Shown here: positions 18,632 to 28,986 of the stretch, piece after piece
How the letters are laid out: the number at the start of each line of letters is the position of its first letter
Position numbering within the stretch: the first letter of the stretch is position 1
Assembly (NCBI GenBank): GCA_043817075.1
Contig: JBDRHG010000017.1
Location: forward strand, 16,492 to 80,491
Source: an archaeon
GTDB lineage: Archaea; Nanobdellota; Nanobdellia; Woesearchaeales; JAADFO01
Length of the DNA: 64,000 nucleotides
Direction of reading: 5' to 3'
Made by a program: the position numbers and the translations under genes
Notes under the pieces: model-generated
The model's database searches: none
What the model was told of the DNA's origin: nothing
Seen by the model: only the letters and a program-made list of their open reading frames with translations

Positions 18632-21600
18632 ATGAATAGGTGGTTGAAAAAAGAGGGTGGACTACTTGATGTATTTATACGACCCTCTCTTCTCTGCTTC
18701 TCTGTTGCCATTCTGATTCTGACTTTCGGTATCCCATCGGCCGACGCCCAGAGCATCCTCTGCGAAGACGGCACACTGGTCGCCCCCAATGCTGGCGGCA
18801 CACCTCCTGACTGCACCATCGTAGCTTCCCAGACCTTATCTGTCGACAATGACAACCCACCGACCTATCGCTTCAACACCCTGACAGTCAACACTGACTT
18901 CCAGCTGTGGTTCCGGGATACGGGTGCCGTCGTGTTTTCCATCCGTGGCACTGGTGGTATTGGAGGAAGACACTCTGATGAAGGTGGTGATGGAGGAAGA
19001 GGCGGAAACAGCGGAGTTGCAGGTTCCAGAGGTGGATCCGGAATTAAAGGTGACAATGGTGACGAAGGGGGTACCGGCGGAGGCGGAAGAGTGGGAGGAT
19101 ATGCAGGCGGAATCGTCATAATCGAAGCCACCAACATCATCATAAACGGCAAGATTAGCGTCAACGGCTCAGTTCCGGCATCTCTCTCCGGTGGTACAGG
19201 AACAAAAACCGGAGGCGGAGGCGGAGGCGGCGGAGGCGGAGGCGGCGGAGGAACCATCACCATCCGTGCCAACGACCTTTCCGGAGCCGGCTTTGTCGAA
19301 GCAGGAGGCGGTCGTGGCGGCAATGGTGGAAAAGGTCATAATGATGGTGGATGCCGTCCATGGTTTTGCGACTTTGACGATGACGGTGGTGGAGGCGGAG
19401 GAGGCGGAGGAGGCACTGGCGGTTCAGTCATCATCTCCGCAAGCGTGAATATATTTCCAGATTCCAATATCATTCTAACTGGTGGTCCGTTTGGGAAAGG
19501 CGCCGAGAAAGTCGGAGACGCAAAAAAAGGCCAAGACGGTGATCCTGGTCCTGACGGCGACGACACCCCTGACGAACTGGCCATCGAGGACTGCAACAAC
19601 CGCGTGGACGACGACTGGGACCAGCTCGTCGACATGGGCGATCCTGACTGCTACAATATCTATCCTAATGGCCAGTGCCCTTCAACCAATTACGGCATGT
19701 ATGGCGGCGAAATCGGCGACGGTGAGACCTCGCCTGTGCCGCCGGCGCTCATTTCTGCTCAGGATGGATCCGACGGCTGCTGCGGCGACGATGATTTCAA
19801 CGGCCACTTCAGACTGACAGATGAAGATGATTACGCCCTCGGATGGACTATGGTCCCCATTGACGCGGGCATCACCCTGGATGTCACAGACAACAAACTC
19901 GATTTCAAGGTGTCAACAACTGACCCAGATTTCGTCGATATCTATAGTCCAATCATCGAGATTACCGACCCCAATAGACCATATGTGGTCAGGACGATAT
20001 ATTCTGCAAGGAATATTCCTGAAGAAGGCAACATGGTGCTAAACCTTCGATGGCTAAAGAGAGTCGAAGCAGAGTTCACGCAGGCTAGCCCCGACGAAAT
20101 AGTCACCCATGTCACCGGAGAGATCGACTATGACATGAAAATAGAGAAAGTGTTCGAAGGTGCCGCCCGCGACGGAGCCACTGCCATGCAGATATTCATC
20201 CAGATACGCGGCCTAGAATCGAGAACACAGGACGTAATCTTCACCTTCGACGATATCGAGATCATCCAGACCGGCGACCTTGGCTGGACTAACGCAGACA
20301 GCGAGTTTCTCTGCACTCACGATAGCGGCTGGAACTGGAAGGTATCCCAACTGTATGAGAACACCATCTTGTCACAGGTCGGCAACAGCGACATCGTGTC
20401 CAACGCCGACGGCTGGTTTTCCTGCGACGCAGGCACCGACGACCAGATAGACAAGGTGACGTACGGCGAGCTCGCGGACGACCACTACATCAACAAGTAT
20501 GGCCTCTTCCCGCCGTCGGAAGGTGGTGGGCAATCAGGAGATAACGGGTGGTATCGATGCATAGACTGGTGCGATCAGATCTGGGTTGATGAAATCACAG
20601 ATCCAAACACAGGCAGGGATAATCCTGAAGATCTGCTGTTCAAGGCAAGGAATTTATGTGGGGACGGTAGCGGGTGCGTACCCTATGAAGGTGAATCTTG
20701 TTGTCCTTCGGCACCATCATATCCTGCGAACTGCGACAAAACGATTAACGTTGACTGTTCTGATGGTAATCCACAGAACAATGTTTGTGATGTCTGCGAA
20801 CCGCCAGGTGATGGGGATGGAGGCGAAGAGACCCCTGACGGCATCGTTCCCGAAGATGCTTGTGACGATCCGAATTCAGAGGAGTGCATCGGAGAATCGG
20901 GAGGTACGTCTCATCTGACGTGTGCTGTCATCGCGAATCTGAAAGGTTTCACGTACGACCTCTGCGGCCAGAACGAAGTATGCGCAGACGGTGGCGTCTC
21001 ATTCCAGAGTCTCGACGACGGCTGCTGCATCGGCGGTCGGTGCCGCACACGAGACGAACTGGGCATCCAATGCACCAGCGGACATGTCTGCATAAAAGAC
21101 CTGGAGGTCTGTCCTGAGACGAGCATCATCACAAGCAATGAGAACGAGATCTGTTGCGCTGAACCCTGCAACATCAATCCCGACCTCTTCCTGGGCGGTA
21201 AACCGAACACGGCATTCATCTGCTATGAATTCGGCGAACATGCGTATTGGGCAGAGTGTTGCAGCCCCAATTGCAAGAATAACAATCTGAGGGAGAGCAT
21301 AACACTCTTCGAGAGAGGCAGCCCATTCAATATGCTATACAGCGCTGACTATAGGAACCAAGCTAGGACCAAACTCCTGGGAGGAGCCTTAAGAAGACGG
21401 GATATCTCAAAGAATTCCCGGAGTTTCTTGTTCAATCTGCTCGGCGCGGAGAACAATCTGGTAAGGAAAGGGAAAGGTGACTGGACCGGATTCGATCAGC
21501 TCGAGTTCTCAATCGCCTACACCAAACCTGTCCGTGGTCTAGAGATCAGGGGCTACGAAGAGAACGCAGCACCCATCTGCGACTTCAACAGCATTGATCA

Positions 21601-22426
21601 CTCCATCATAGAGTTCAGCAACAACGGAGACGCCAGCGGCAAATGGCACCACATCACGTTGCCGCTCAGGAATGATATCTGCGATATCGGCGACAATCTT
21701 GTCAAGGAGGTCTACCTCAAAGATCTTGACACCGCATCTCCGGACGAGATGATCAATTACGTCATTGACAATATCTATCTCTCGAATAGTGTTGAGGAGA
21801 GCTATTTCTGCACTGGCGAATATCAGACATGGATCCAAGGAATGGAACCGGAGACCACGGATGGACTGTACGATGAAGAAGACATCCCCTACAAGTATGC
21901 CTGCGAAGAACAACCTGGATACTCCTGGACAGGCGATCAGTGCTGCGGCTCGAAGACAGAAGGGTTTGGAAACGATGCAAAACGCGAATATTATATCGAT
22001 CTCCTAGCCGGTTGCTGGGATGGTGCAGGCGTCTTCAACAACCAACGCGCCAGCGATGCCACCGGACTCTTCCGGTATCGCAATGTGATGTTTACCATGG
22101 ACGAAGTCGAAGAAGGACGCGGCGACTTTTACTATTGCGGCCCGCATGTTGCCGATACCATCGGACTCACCGACATTGATCCTCCAGCAGAAAATTCCCG
22201 TGACCAGGACGCCAAGCTCCTCTTGCAGACCGCAGACACCTGTGAATCCATTGGCCTCCTTTACTGCAGCACCGATGACACCTTCAAGGCAGTGCCAGCA
22301 GGCCTCGAGATCGACGACGGCAACAATCCAGGCGCAGAGCTCTACGAGCCAGGCATCACCATACTCGGCCAGAAACAGCATCCGCCAGGCATGAGTCTAG
22401 TGAAGAATGGGGGGTTTGAGCGATGA
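18632..22426 (+). CDS. secreted Gly-rich/Cys-rich protein with CBM-like beta-sandwich domains
   Basis: Signal peptide (PSADA|QS); GGGGGGG..GGxI repeats; CCGDD; two domains ending FDDIEI and IDNIYL; C-terminus SLVKNGGFER. Confidence 0.88.
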   Translation: MNRWLKKEGGLLDVFIRPSLLCFSVAILILTFGIPSADAQSILCEDGTLVAPNAGGTPPDCTIVASQTLSVDNDNPPTYRFNTLTVNTDFQLWFRDTGAVVFSIRGTGGIGGRHSDEGGDGGRGGNSGVAGSRGGSGIKGDNGDEGGTGGGGRVGGYAGGIVIIEATNIIINGKISVNGSVPASLSGGTGTKTGGGGGGGGGGGGGGTITIRANDLSGAGFVEAGGGRGGNGGKGHNDGGCRPWFCDFDDDGGGGGGGGGGTGGSVIISASVNIFPDSNIILTGGPFGKGAEKVGDAKKGQDGDPGPDGDDTPDELAIEDCNNRVDDDWDQLVDMGDPDCYNIYPNGQCPSTNYGMYGGEIGDGETSPVPPALISAQDGSDGCCGDDDFNGHFRLTDEDDYALGWTMVPIDAGITLDVTDNKLDFKVSTTDPDFVDIYSPIIEITDPNRPYVVRTIYSARNIPEEGNMVLNLRWLKRVEAEFTQASPDEIVTHVTGEIDYDMKIEKVFEGAARDGATAMQIFIQIRGLESRTQDVIFTFDDIEIIQTGDLGWTNADSEFLCTHDSGWNWKVSQLYENTILSQVGNSDIVSNADGWFSCDAGTDDQIDKVTYGELADDHYINKYGLFPPSEGGGQSGDNGWYRCIDWCDQIWVDEITDPNTGRDNPEDLLFKARNLCGDGSGCVPYEGESCCPSAPSYPANCDKTINVDCSDGNPQNNVCDVCEPPGDGDGGEETPDGIVPEDACDDPNSEECIGESGGTSHLTCAVIANLKGFTYDLCGQNEVCADGGVSFQSLDDGCCIGGRCRTRDELGIQCTSGHVCIKDLEVCPETSIITSNENEICCAEPCNINPDLFLGGKPNTAFICYEFGEHAYWAECCSPNCKNNNLRESITLFERGSPFNMLYSADYRNQARTKLLGGALRRRDISKNSRSFLFNLLGAENNLVRKGKGDWTGFDQLEFSIAYTKPVRGLEIRGYEENAAPICDFNSIDHSIIEFSNNGDASGKWHHITLPLRNDICDIGDNLVKEVYLKDLDTASPDEMINYVIDNIYLSNSVEESYFCTGEYQTWIQGMEPETTDGLYDEEDIPYKYACEEQPGYSWTGDQCCGSKTEGFGNDAKREYYIDLLAGCWDGAGVFNNQRASDATGLFRYRNVMFTMDEVEEGRGDFYYCGPHVADTIGLTDIDPPAENSRDQDAKLLLQTADTCESIGLLYCSTDDTFKAVPAGLEIDDGNNPGAELYEPGITILGQKQHPPGMSLVKNGGFER
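18947..19560 (+). repeat. glycine-rich low-complexity coding repeat
   Basis: GGAGGC/GGCGGA runs encoding poly-Gly stretches separated by short beta strands. Confidence 0.8.
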
Positions 22427-25400
22427 TAAGGAATGTCAACGCAAAAAACGGACTCATCCTATTGGCGATAGCCATCGCTCTCCTCATGCTTCCAACGATC
22501 AATGCAGTATGCGGACAGACCTGTATCTGGCAATCCAATCAACAGGTGAATCAATATAATATGTTGAATGAATGGGTTGCCAAGGGCGCGTCTTCGCCAT
22601 ATAATAAGCTCTATAATATCTGGACTGATGCAGACAATACGCTGACTGTATCATTAGATGCAAACTGCCGTGAGGGCATAATGAGCTGCGTAGAGAGTCC
22701 ATATATCGGCGAGGTCATCCAGTATGATGCAACCGATGAGTGGGATTGCTACGCGTATGATTTTGTTGCGGATTTCCAATGGGGTAACAATTTGTTTCGA
22801 TCTTTATACATGGAGCCAGGGGATACCGAAGAGGTGACTCTTACCCCTGGATGCTACGCAGTCATGTTGGAATCAGACGATGAGAGAGGTTATGACGCGA
22901 TGCATCAGTTCACCGTCGACATCAATCTCAACAATGAATACGAAGAGAAACAAGACTGCTTCCTGGAATGTGAATACGAAGGTTCAACTAATACCTGCTC
23001 GAATCTTCCTTGCCTCGGACCACGTGATGACATGATATGCGACGGGAACGGCATTTGCATTGATCAACCATCAGAAGGCAATCCTGAGTTGGATTATGTC
23101 TCCTGTATTAAGTCGGCGAATCCTTCACCGGATTTCCTTTCGACGAGCGAGTATCCTGATAACTGTCTTCGCTGCTGCGGAAATGAAATTGATGATGGGG
23201 GAACGACTTGCGGCCCCTGGACTTGTAACATGATAACTTCTCCTTCCGTTCAGTTATATTGGTCCCGCACATTTTTCGATGACAATGATGGTGACGGATA
23301 CGGCGATCCCACATCTGGTGTGGAAGCGGAAACTCAAGGACTCAGAGTCACAGACAGCACCGACTGCGACGATACAAGAATAGATATCTATCCAGGCGCG
23401 TCAGAATCGACAGAGATCAATTGTACAGATACCATCGACAATAATTGCGATGGAGATATTGACGAGGATGACAGCGAATGCTCGCGTGACTTCTACGATG
23501 ACGATGACGGCGATGGCGTCATCAACCGATACGACTGGTGCCCTGAATCACCAGATAACCCCACTGACGCGAATGGCTGCTCCATCCCACCGACTCATTG
23601 GGAGATTGACTACACATCCATCAAGGACGACCGCTTCACCCTGCTCGAGGTCGAGACGGACGACGAATGCGGACTCGCTCCGCCATGCATCAATCTCAGC
23701 CACGAATTTACCAACACCCTCACACAGACATTCATCGCTCCGGAAGGAACCTATGCGGCCAAGGCCAACATCAAGGGTGAGAACGGCAAGGTGACGTTTT
23801 CCGCTGGGACTCTGATTGCGGAGTTCCACAACGACCAAGGAGACGAGCGGGAATTCGTCAGCGACCCGGTTGTCTTCATCGACGATACCACCGTAACGAT
23901 AACGCTGTCGATTGTCGATCCAGGTCGTAGCAACACTGAAGATTCATACATTGACGATGTCATCTTCGCGAAGATGAATGCCAATAACGATCCCGCGACA
24001 GAGCTGCCCATCCAATCCTATTATGACTACCAATTTTCAGGCTGTTGCCCTGCAGCCTATTGCTGGAACGGCACAGCCTGCATGCCTGCAACTCATTTCG
24101 ACAGCCAAGACGTCTACTACGTCTTCGCCGAGACCGAAAATGACGTCACGGACGAAGAAGGCAACCTCATCATCGAGGAAGGTTATCGTTGCATAGCGGA
24201 CGATGAAAGGAATGCCGACTGGTTGTTGTCGAACAAACAACCAGATTGGTACGGCACATCAGAAGGCTTCTGTGACAGCGAGACGGACTGCTTCGTCAGG
24301 CTCGCGGACGAGACCGATTGCGTCGAGATCCCTGAAGACGCTTGCTTTCTCAACGAGGAGATTCATTGGACAACGTCAGAATTGGTTGGTGAAATCACCA
24401 ATCCTGACGTCAACTGCCTTGCCGACGGCCAGTACATTCGCGACCATTACTGCGACGGAGGAGATTGGACCACTCGTACCGCAATCCTCGCCGCATTGTT
24501 CGAGAGGGTCGTCAAATACTACGGAGAAACAGACGCAGACTACACGCTCCATTGCGACAAAGGAGAACAGTCACTGAATCTATTACCAGATGTGCTCTCC
24601 GACTCAGAATACCTTCAAGAACAGCTGCGGTACTGTGTGCTCACCTTCAGGGACAGCCAAGGCGATGCGGAGAAGACCATCGTCGGCGCTCCAATCTTCA
24701 AGCTCAGCGTGGACATCACCAATCAGGCTAAATTCGATGAATACATGGAAAGTTTTTTCGATATGAATAGGCTAGACCAATTCCAGGCAGAAGAGGTCAT
24801 CAGTACTTGCCCTGACGCTTTCGAAGAAGAGCTCACCGAAACAGAGAAGGACGCTTTCTTCGAATGCGAAATCACATCAGCGAAAGCGGGCGAACTATGG
24901 TATAATCCCCGCCTCAAGATAGCCGTCTATTCCCAACAGCATGACCTGCCGATCCAAGACGCTTACGAGACTACGCAAGCGGAAAACGATGATCCCGATT
25001 TCGACTTCCTCGAATTCATCACCAGGCCTTTCAATGCGCTGTTCGAGCTCGTCCGCAACCTCATCAACGGACCTGAGCAGCTACAGCCAAAGGAGTTCGA
25101 CCAGCTATACGAGAACAAGGCGCATGGACGGTCCGTCGAGGGAATCAGCAGAGATATATGGACCGACACCGGGCTCGCCTTCGACCAGTTCTACATCAAT
25201 TTCGAGGACATCAGCGAGGACCTCTGCGATCCTATCAATCGGGCCGTCGGAGTGAGCTTTGATTCCTCAAGATTCTATGAGGACTGCGTCCGCGACCTCT
25301 CTGCTCAGCAGTCCGATATCGCGACGTACATCCGAGGACCTGGACGTGAACGGTTCTGGCCAGGCATCTCTGGGATGCTGCGCATCCAAGACGACAATAC

Positions 25401-25707
25401 CTGCAGCGAGGACGGCCAAACATGCGGTGACGGCAGGCTCTGCTCAGAAGGGAGGTGCGTCGACATGACGACCGACCGAAAGCACTGCGGCGGATGGGAG
25501 ACTGAATGCATATCGACACAGATCTGCCAGGGAAGCGATTGCGTCGACTGCCCTAACCTCCAGGTCGCATGCGACAACGTCTGCACAGACACGCTCAATG
25601 ATGAGTTGAACTGCGGCATCTGTTTCCATGAATGCGATGACGGCATCGAATGCCGACGTGGCATCTGCGGATCAGGCGGCGGCGGCAATGGCAACAACCT
25701 GCAATGA
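22423..25707 (+). CDS. secreted Cys-rich multidomain protein (shared ~250-aa module, Asp-rich metal-binding motifs, partial CBM-like domain, C-terminal Cys repeats)
   Basis: Signal peptide (PTINA|VC); DNDGDGYGDP..DCDD..IYPGA..DNNCDG; CxDxxxDxxHCG/NCG repeats; ATGA overlap with the upstream gene. Confidence 0.88.
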   Translation: MIRNVNAKNGLILLAIAIALLMLPTINAVCGQTCIWQSNQQVNQYNMLNEWVAKGASSPYNKLYNIWTDADNTLTVSLDANCREGIMSCVESPYIGEVIQYDATDEWDCYAYDFVADFQWGNNLFRSLYMEPGDTEEVTLTPGCYAVMLESDDERGYDAMHQFTVDINLNNEYEEKQDCFLECEYEGSTNTCSNLPCLGPRDDMICDGNGICIDQPSEGNPELDYVSCIKSANPSPDFLSTSEYPDNCLRCCGNEIDDGGTTCGPWTCNMITSPSVQLYWSRTFFDDNDGDGYGDPTSGVEAETQGLRVTDSTDCDDTRIDIYPGASESTEINCTDTIDNNCDGDIDEDDSECSRDFYDDDDGDGVINRYDWCPESPDNPTDANGCSIPPTHWEIDYTSIKDDRFTLLEVETDDECGLAPPCINLSHEFTNTLTQTFIAPEGTYAAKANIKGENGKVTFSAGTLIAEFHNDQGDEREFVSDPVVFIDDTTVTITLSIVDPGRSNTEDSYIDDVIFAKMNANNDPATELPIQSYYDYQFSGCCPAAYCWNGTACMPATHFDSQDVYYVFAETENDVTDEEGNLIIEEGYRCIADDERNADWLLSNKQPDWYGTSEGFCDSETDCFVRLADETDCVEIPEDACFLNEEIHWTTSELVGEITNPDVNCLADGQYIRDHYCDGGDWTTRTAILAALFERVVKYYGETDADYTLHCDKGEQSLNLLPDVLSDSEYLQEQLRYCVLTFRDSQGDAEKTIVGAPIFKLSVDITNQAKFDEYMESFFDMNRLDQFQAEEVISTCPDAFEEELTETEKDAFFECEITSAKAGELWYNPRLKIAVYSQQHDLPIQDAYETTQAENDDPDFDFLEFITRPFNALFELVRNLINGPEQLQPKEFDQLYENKAHGRSVEGISRDIWTDTGLAFDQFYINFEDISEDLCDPINRAVGVSFDSSRFYEDCVRDLSAQQSDIATYIRGPGRERFWPGISGMLRIQDDNTCSEDGQTCGDGRLCSEGRCVDMTTDRKHCGGWETECISTQICQGSDCVDCPNLQVACDNVCTDTLNDELNCGICFHECDDGIECRRGICGSGGGGNGNNLQ

Positions 25708-25726
25708 CCATGAACCGAAACATAAA

Positions 25727-28700
25727 ATGCTCAAGCGCGCCCAGATCACCATCTTCTTCATCATCGCCATAGTCCTCATCATGGCGTTCGCATTCGTCTT
25801 CTACATCACCAATGAGATCCGCAAGGCCAACCTCGAGGATGAAGCGGGCAAAGTGGCGACCGACCTGCTCAAGACAGGGGCCATACGCGAATACATCACC
25901 CAATGCCTGCATGAGACCGCAAAGGAAGGACTTCTTCTCGTCGGCAAGCAAGGTGGATCCATCTATACTTATCAGGCCGGAAGGACCCGCTTTCCCCAGT
26001 TAAGGACCATGACGTTGATGGCGTTCATGCCCTATCCTATACTGCCATACGAACAGGTAGACGCTGAGATCGATTGGCAGTACATGACCTATGGCATAAG
26101 CAGGCTCCGCGACACCGATACGGAACATGATCAGAATACCAGGTTCATCTCTCCACCAGACTACCCCTATCCTGGACCTCTTGTCCAAGACCCTGAAGAT
26201 GTGATCAGCCCGTTCGCCAGCCGGATGGAAGCGATGACACTACCACCGCTATGCATCGATGAAGGATCGAATGCCCGCGAACTGGGAAGCATACTCCATA
26301 TAGATCAAGTGGACAACACGTGTAATTTCTCCTACGGCCCGGACTCCATCCAGGACTATCTGCAAAAGATCGTCAAGAACCGGATGACGGCCTGCCTGGA
26401 ATTGGACTATATAGAAAATCTCGGATACGAGATCACCGAGGAGGAACCGATCAGCAGGGTGGTGTTCGGTGAATATGACGTGGGATTCTCCATAGCGTAT
26501 CCTTTCCGCATCACCGTACGCGGGCACGAACCCATCACCAAGATGGTGGAGTTCTACACAAAACTCCCGGTACGGATGAAAGACATGTATTATTCGGCCC
26601 GCCACATCATCGACACTGAAGGATATGATATCTTCTTCCAGCCCGAGGTGGATTACGCCACAGCCGACAGATGCATCGGCATTGACAGGAAAAAGGTCGA
26701 CTGTGTTCCCGAAGGAATCACGGTGGAACGCTTCGAAGATGCCTGTAGTCCGACGGTCTGCCTCGCGCCGAACTTCAATGACGTGGTGCGGCTCAGCGAC
26801 GATTTCTCCCGCATCGACGACAAGCCCTACATGTTCCAGTTCGGCATGCAGAACCGTCCGCCGGCGCTCGATCTCATCGATCCGAGCCCGCATGAACGTT
26901 TCGACATCATCGCCGATGAGACAGAGCTGGTCACGATCGATCCGCGCGGCATCGATCCCGACGGCGACTACCATGGACTCATCGTCGATGGCATGGACAT
27001 CATGGTCAGCGCCTATTCCTATGGCGGTTGGGGCGAGGAGTGCACGTCGACCTTCGATGCGTCCATCTGCACCGCGGCCGGAGTCAGCCCATTAGAGAAC
27101 CCGTGGCTCTGCACCACGGAGCTGTGCGACCCGCCGAATGTGCCGCCCCCGGACGAACGATGGTCCGGATCGACGGTTTTCCAGGACGATGGCCGCCGTG
27201 CAGCGACCAAGCAGCTGACCCATGACGACCTCGGTGCCCACCGCGTCACCGTGCAGGTCTGCGACAAGGAAGGGCTCTGCGACCACCAGGACGTCACGCT
27301 CTTCGTCTTCGATCTGCCCACCGCCTCACCGACCGGCGGCAATCCATATAATTGGGACCATCTCCCAGAAGCGGATCGGGCAGCCATGCAGGCGCGCGCC
27401 AGCATCGAGGATCCTTATACCCTGGACGGCACCGCATCGTCTGTCGAGCTCGGTGACGATGTCGACGCTTACCAATGGACTCTTATCACCGAACCGACAT
27501 CACCTGAGGTGCTCTATCCCTGGGGACCAGAGGCTACGGTCCAGTATCCGGCAAGCGATCCATCCATCATGGATTCCATTATTGGCTTGGGATTCCAGAG
27601 GGCCGACGAGACCGAGACCGTCAAGCTCGAGGTGCGCGCCGACATAGCTGACATCTCGCGGCAGGATGACCAGTCCTTCAACATCGAGGTCAGGCTCTGC
27701 CTTCCGGTCGTCGTCCCCGGCGAGATTCCGCCATTCCCTTATCATGATGTGCTAGGTACGCGTCCGGCCGCCGACCCGTTCAAGACCGACCATGTCTGCT
27801 GTAAGCCTGACATGACCTATGTTGGGACCGCGACCCCGACCCCGTGTTACGCGAACACGCTCTACGGCTCCATCATCAATAATCTCCCGGATTACGGCGA
27901 TAGCTACGAATTCGGTCCGTACGAGACAGATCAAATCCTTGAGAACATGATACCGGTCAACGGCAAGATCAATGACGTCTATATGCAGGAGTTCACTCGC
28001 AACTGCGCAGAAGACCGTGGCAATGTGTGTTCTGGAGAAGCCACCCACACCTTGACTGTCCAACATACCTGCGACCCGATAGGCGGAGGATTGAGAGAGA
28101 CCTGCAACGGCCCAGACCAAAATTATAAGTGGGACGGCCCACAGACCACCGACGCCTGGGGCTGCGAAGACTACACAGGCACCACTTTTGAACAGGTCTT
28201 CGGCAACGGCGACGGTGTCTGCAGGGAGACCGGATGGACATGCTACCAGGACTATAGGGTAAACCAATGGACTTGTGGAAGCGGCGTGTGCGAAAGCCCA
28301 ATCACAGGCACCGGCGAGAACTGCAATACCAAGTATAATCTCTGCTATAACGCTGCTGGTGTTTCCTCCAGCCAGGATGACCCGGTGAGTTGCATGAACA
28401 GCCCGAAGAAAACATGCACCTTCAGGGACTACACCTGCTCCCAAGCCACCGGTACGGCCCAATGCGTCGTCGATGTGTCCAAACCCGACTTCGACTTCGA
28501 CAAGGATGGCTGGACAGACACATGCGACCAAGCTCCTCAAAACCCATGCCTCCGTTATTCAAAAGATACCAACAACCCTGACGGCTGCGACGATAAAACT
28601 TGCACAGTAGAAAATGCACATACGATGTACTGCGCCTCGTGCGGAGAGAAGGGCAATCCCAATGACGGCACGATAATAGTGGAGGACACAGACCCAATCA

Positions 28701-28843
28701 CTGGTATGTCTCTGTTCTCAGCGTGCTGCGACAGCTCCAATTACTGCGCCAGCAGCATCAATACATGCGTCCCGAATAGCGAGAATCATCCCTCACCCCA
28801 TGCCGATTGGAAATGCATCGGCGGGACCTGGGATGCCCCCTGA
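25727..28843 (+). CDS. large pilin-like protein (class III signal peptide) with Ig/PKD-like and Cys-rich C-terminal domains
   Basis: MLKRA|QITIFFIIAIVLIMAFAFVFYI; start moved from 25628 to the ATG at 25727 to give the class III motif and remove the overlap; NRPPALD..DPDGD; LDGTASS..YQW PKD-like. Confidence 0.85.
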   Translation: MLKRAQITIFFIIAIVLIMAFAFVFYITNEIRKANLEDEAGKVATDLLKTGAIREYITQCLHETAKEGLLLVGKQGGSIYTYQAGRTRFPQLRTMTLMAFMPYPILPYEQVDAEIDWQYMTYGISRLRDTDTEHDQNTRFISPPDYPYPGPLVQDPEDVISPFASRMEAMTLPPLCIDEGSNARELGSILHIDQVDNTCNFSYGPDSIQDYLQKIVKNRMTACLELDYIENLGYEITEEEPISRVVFGEYDVGFSIAYPFRITVRGHEPITKMVEFYTKLPVRMKDMYYSARHIIDTEGYDIFFQPEVDYATADRCIGIDRKKVDCVPEGITVERFEDACSPTVCLAPNFNDVVRLSDDFSRIDDKPYMFQFGMQNRPPALDLIDPSPHERFDIIADETELVTIDPRGIDPDGDYHGLIVDGMDIMVSAYSYGGWGEECTSTFDASICTAAGVSPLENPWLCTTELCDPPNVPPPDERWSGSTVFQDDGRRAATKQLTHDDLGAHRVTVQVCDKEGLCDHQDVTLFVFDLPTASPTGGNPYNWDHLPEADRAAMQARASIEDPYTLDGTASSVELGDDVDAYQWTLITEPTSPEVLYPWGPEATVQYPASDPSIMDSIIGLGFQRADETETVKLEVRADIADISRQDDQSFNIEVRLCLPVVVPGEIPPFPYHDVLGTRPAADPFKTDHVCCKPDMTYVGTATPTPCYANTLYGSIINNLPDYGDSYEFGPYETDQILENMIPVNGKINDVYMQEFTRNCAEDRGNVCSGEATHTLTVQHTCDPIGGGLRETCNGPDQNYKWDGPQTTDAWGCEDYTGTTFEQVFGNGDGVCRETGWTCYQDYRVNQWTCGSGVCESPITGTGENCNTKYNLCYNAAGVSSSQDDPVSCMNSPKKTCTFRDYTCSQATGTAQCVVDVSKPDFDFDKDGWTDTCDQAPQNPCLRYSKDTNNPDGCDDKTCTVENAHTMYCASCGEKGNPNDGTIIVEDTDPITGMSLFSACCDSSNYCASSINTCVPNSENHPSPHADWKCIGGTWDAP

Positions 28844-28986
28844 ACACCCACACCTATCTCTCCTCGATAAAAAGGGAAAATTATTTAAAGGAAGAACTCG
28901 ATTAATTTACCTATTCGAAGGGTGATTTACGGTTTCGACAAGGGCATTGCCTGTGCAGAGACCACCAACTGTATGGCTTTGGTGAA

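Noticed and set aside
18947-19430. CRISPR-like or microsatellite repeat
   Set aside because: The GGAGGC runs simply encode poly-Gly; no constant repeat with unique spacers was seen anywhere in the window.
25628-25726. ORF-track start for the 1071-aa protein
   Set aside because: It overlaps the upstream gene; the ATG at 25727 gives a canonical class III signal peptide.
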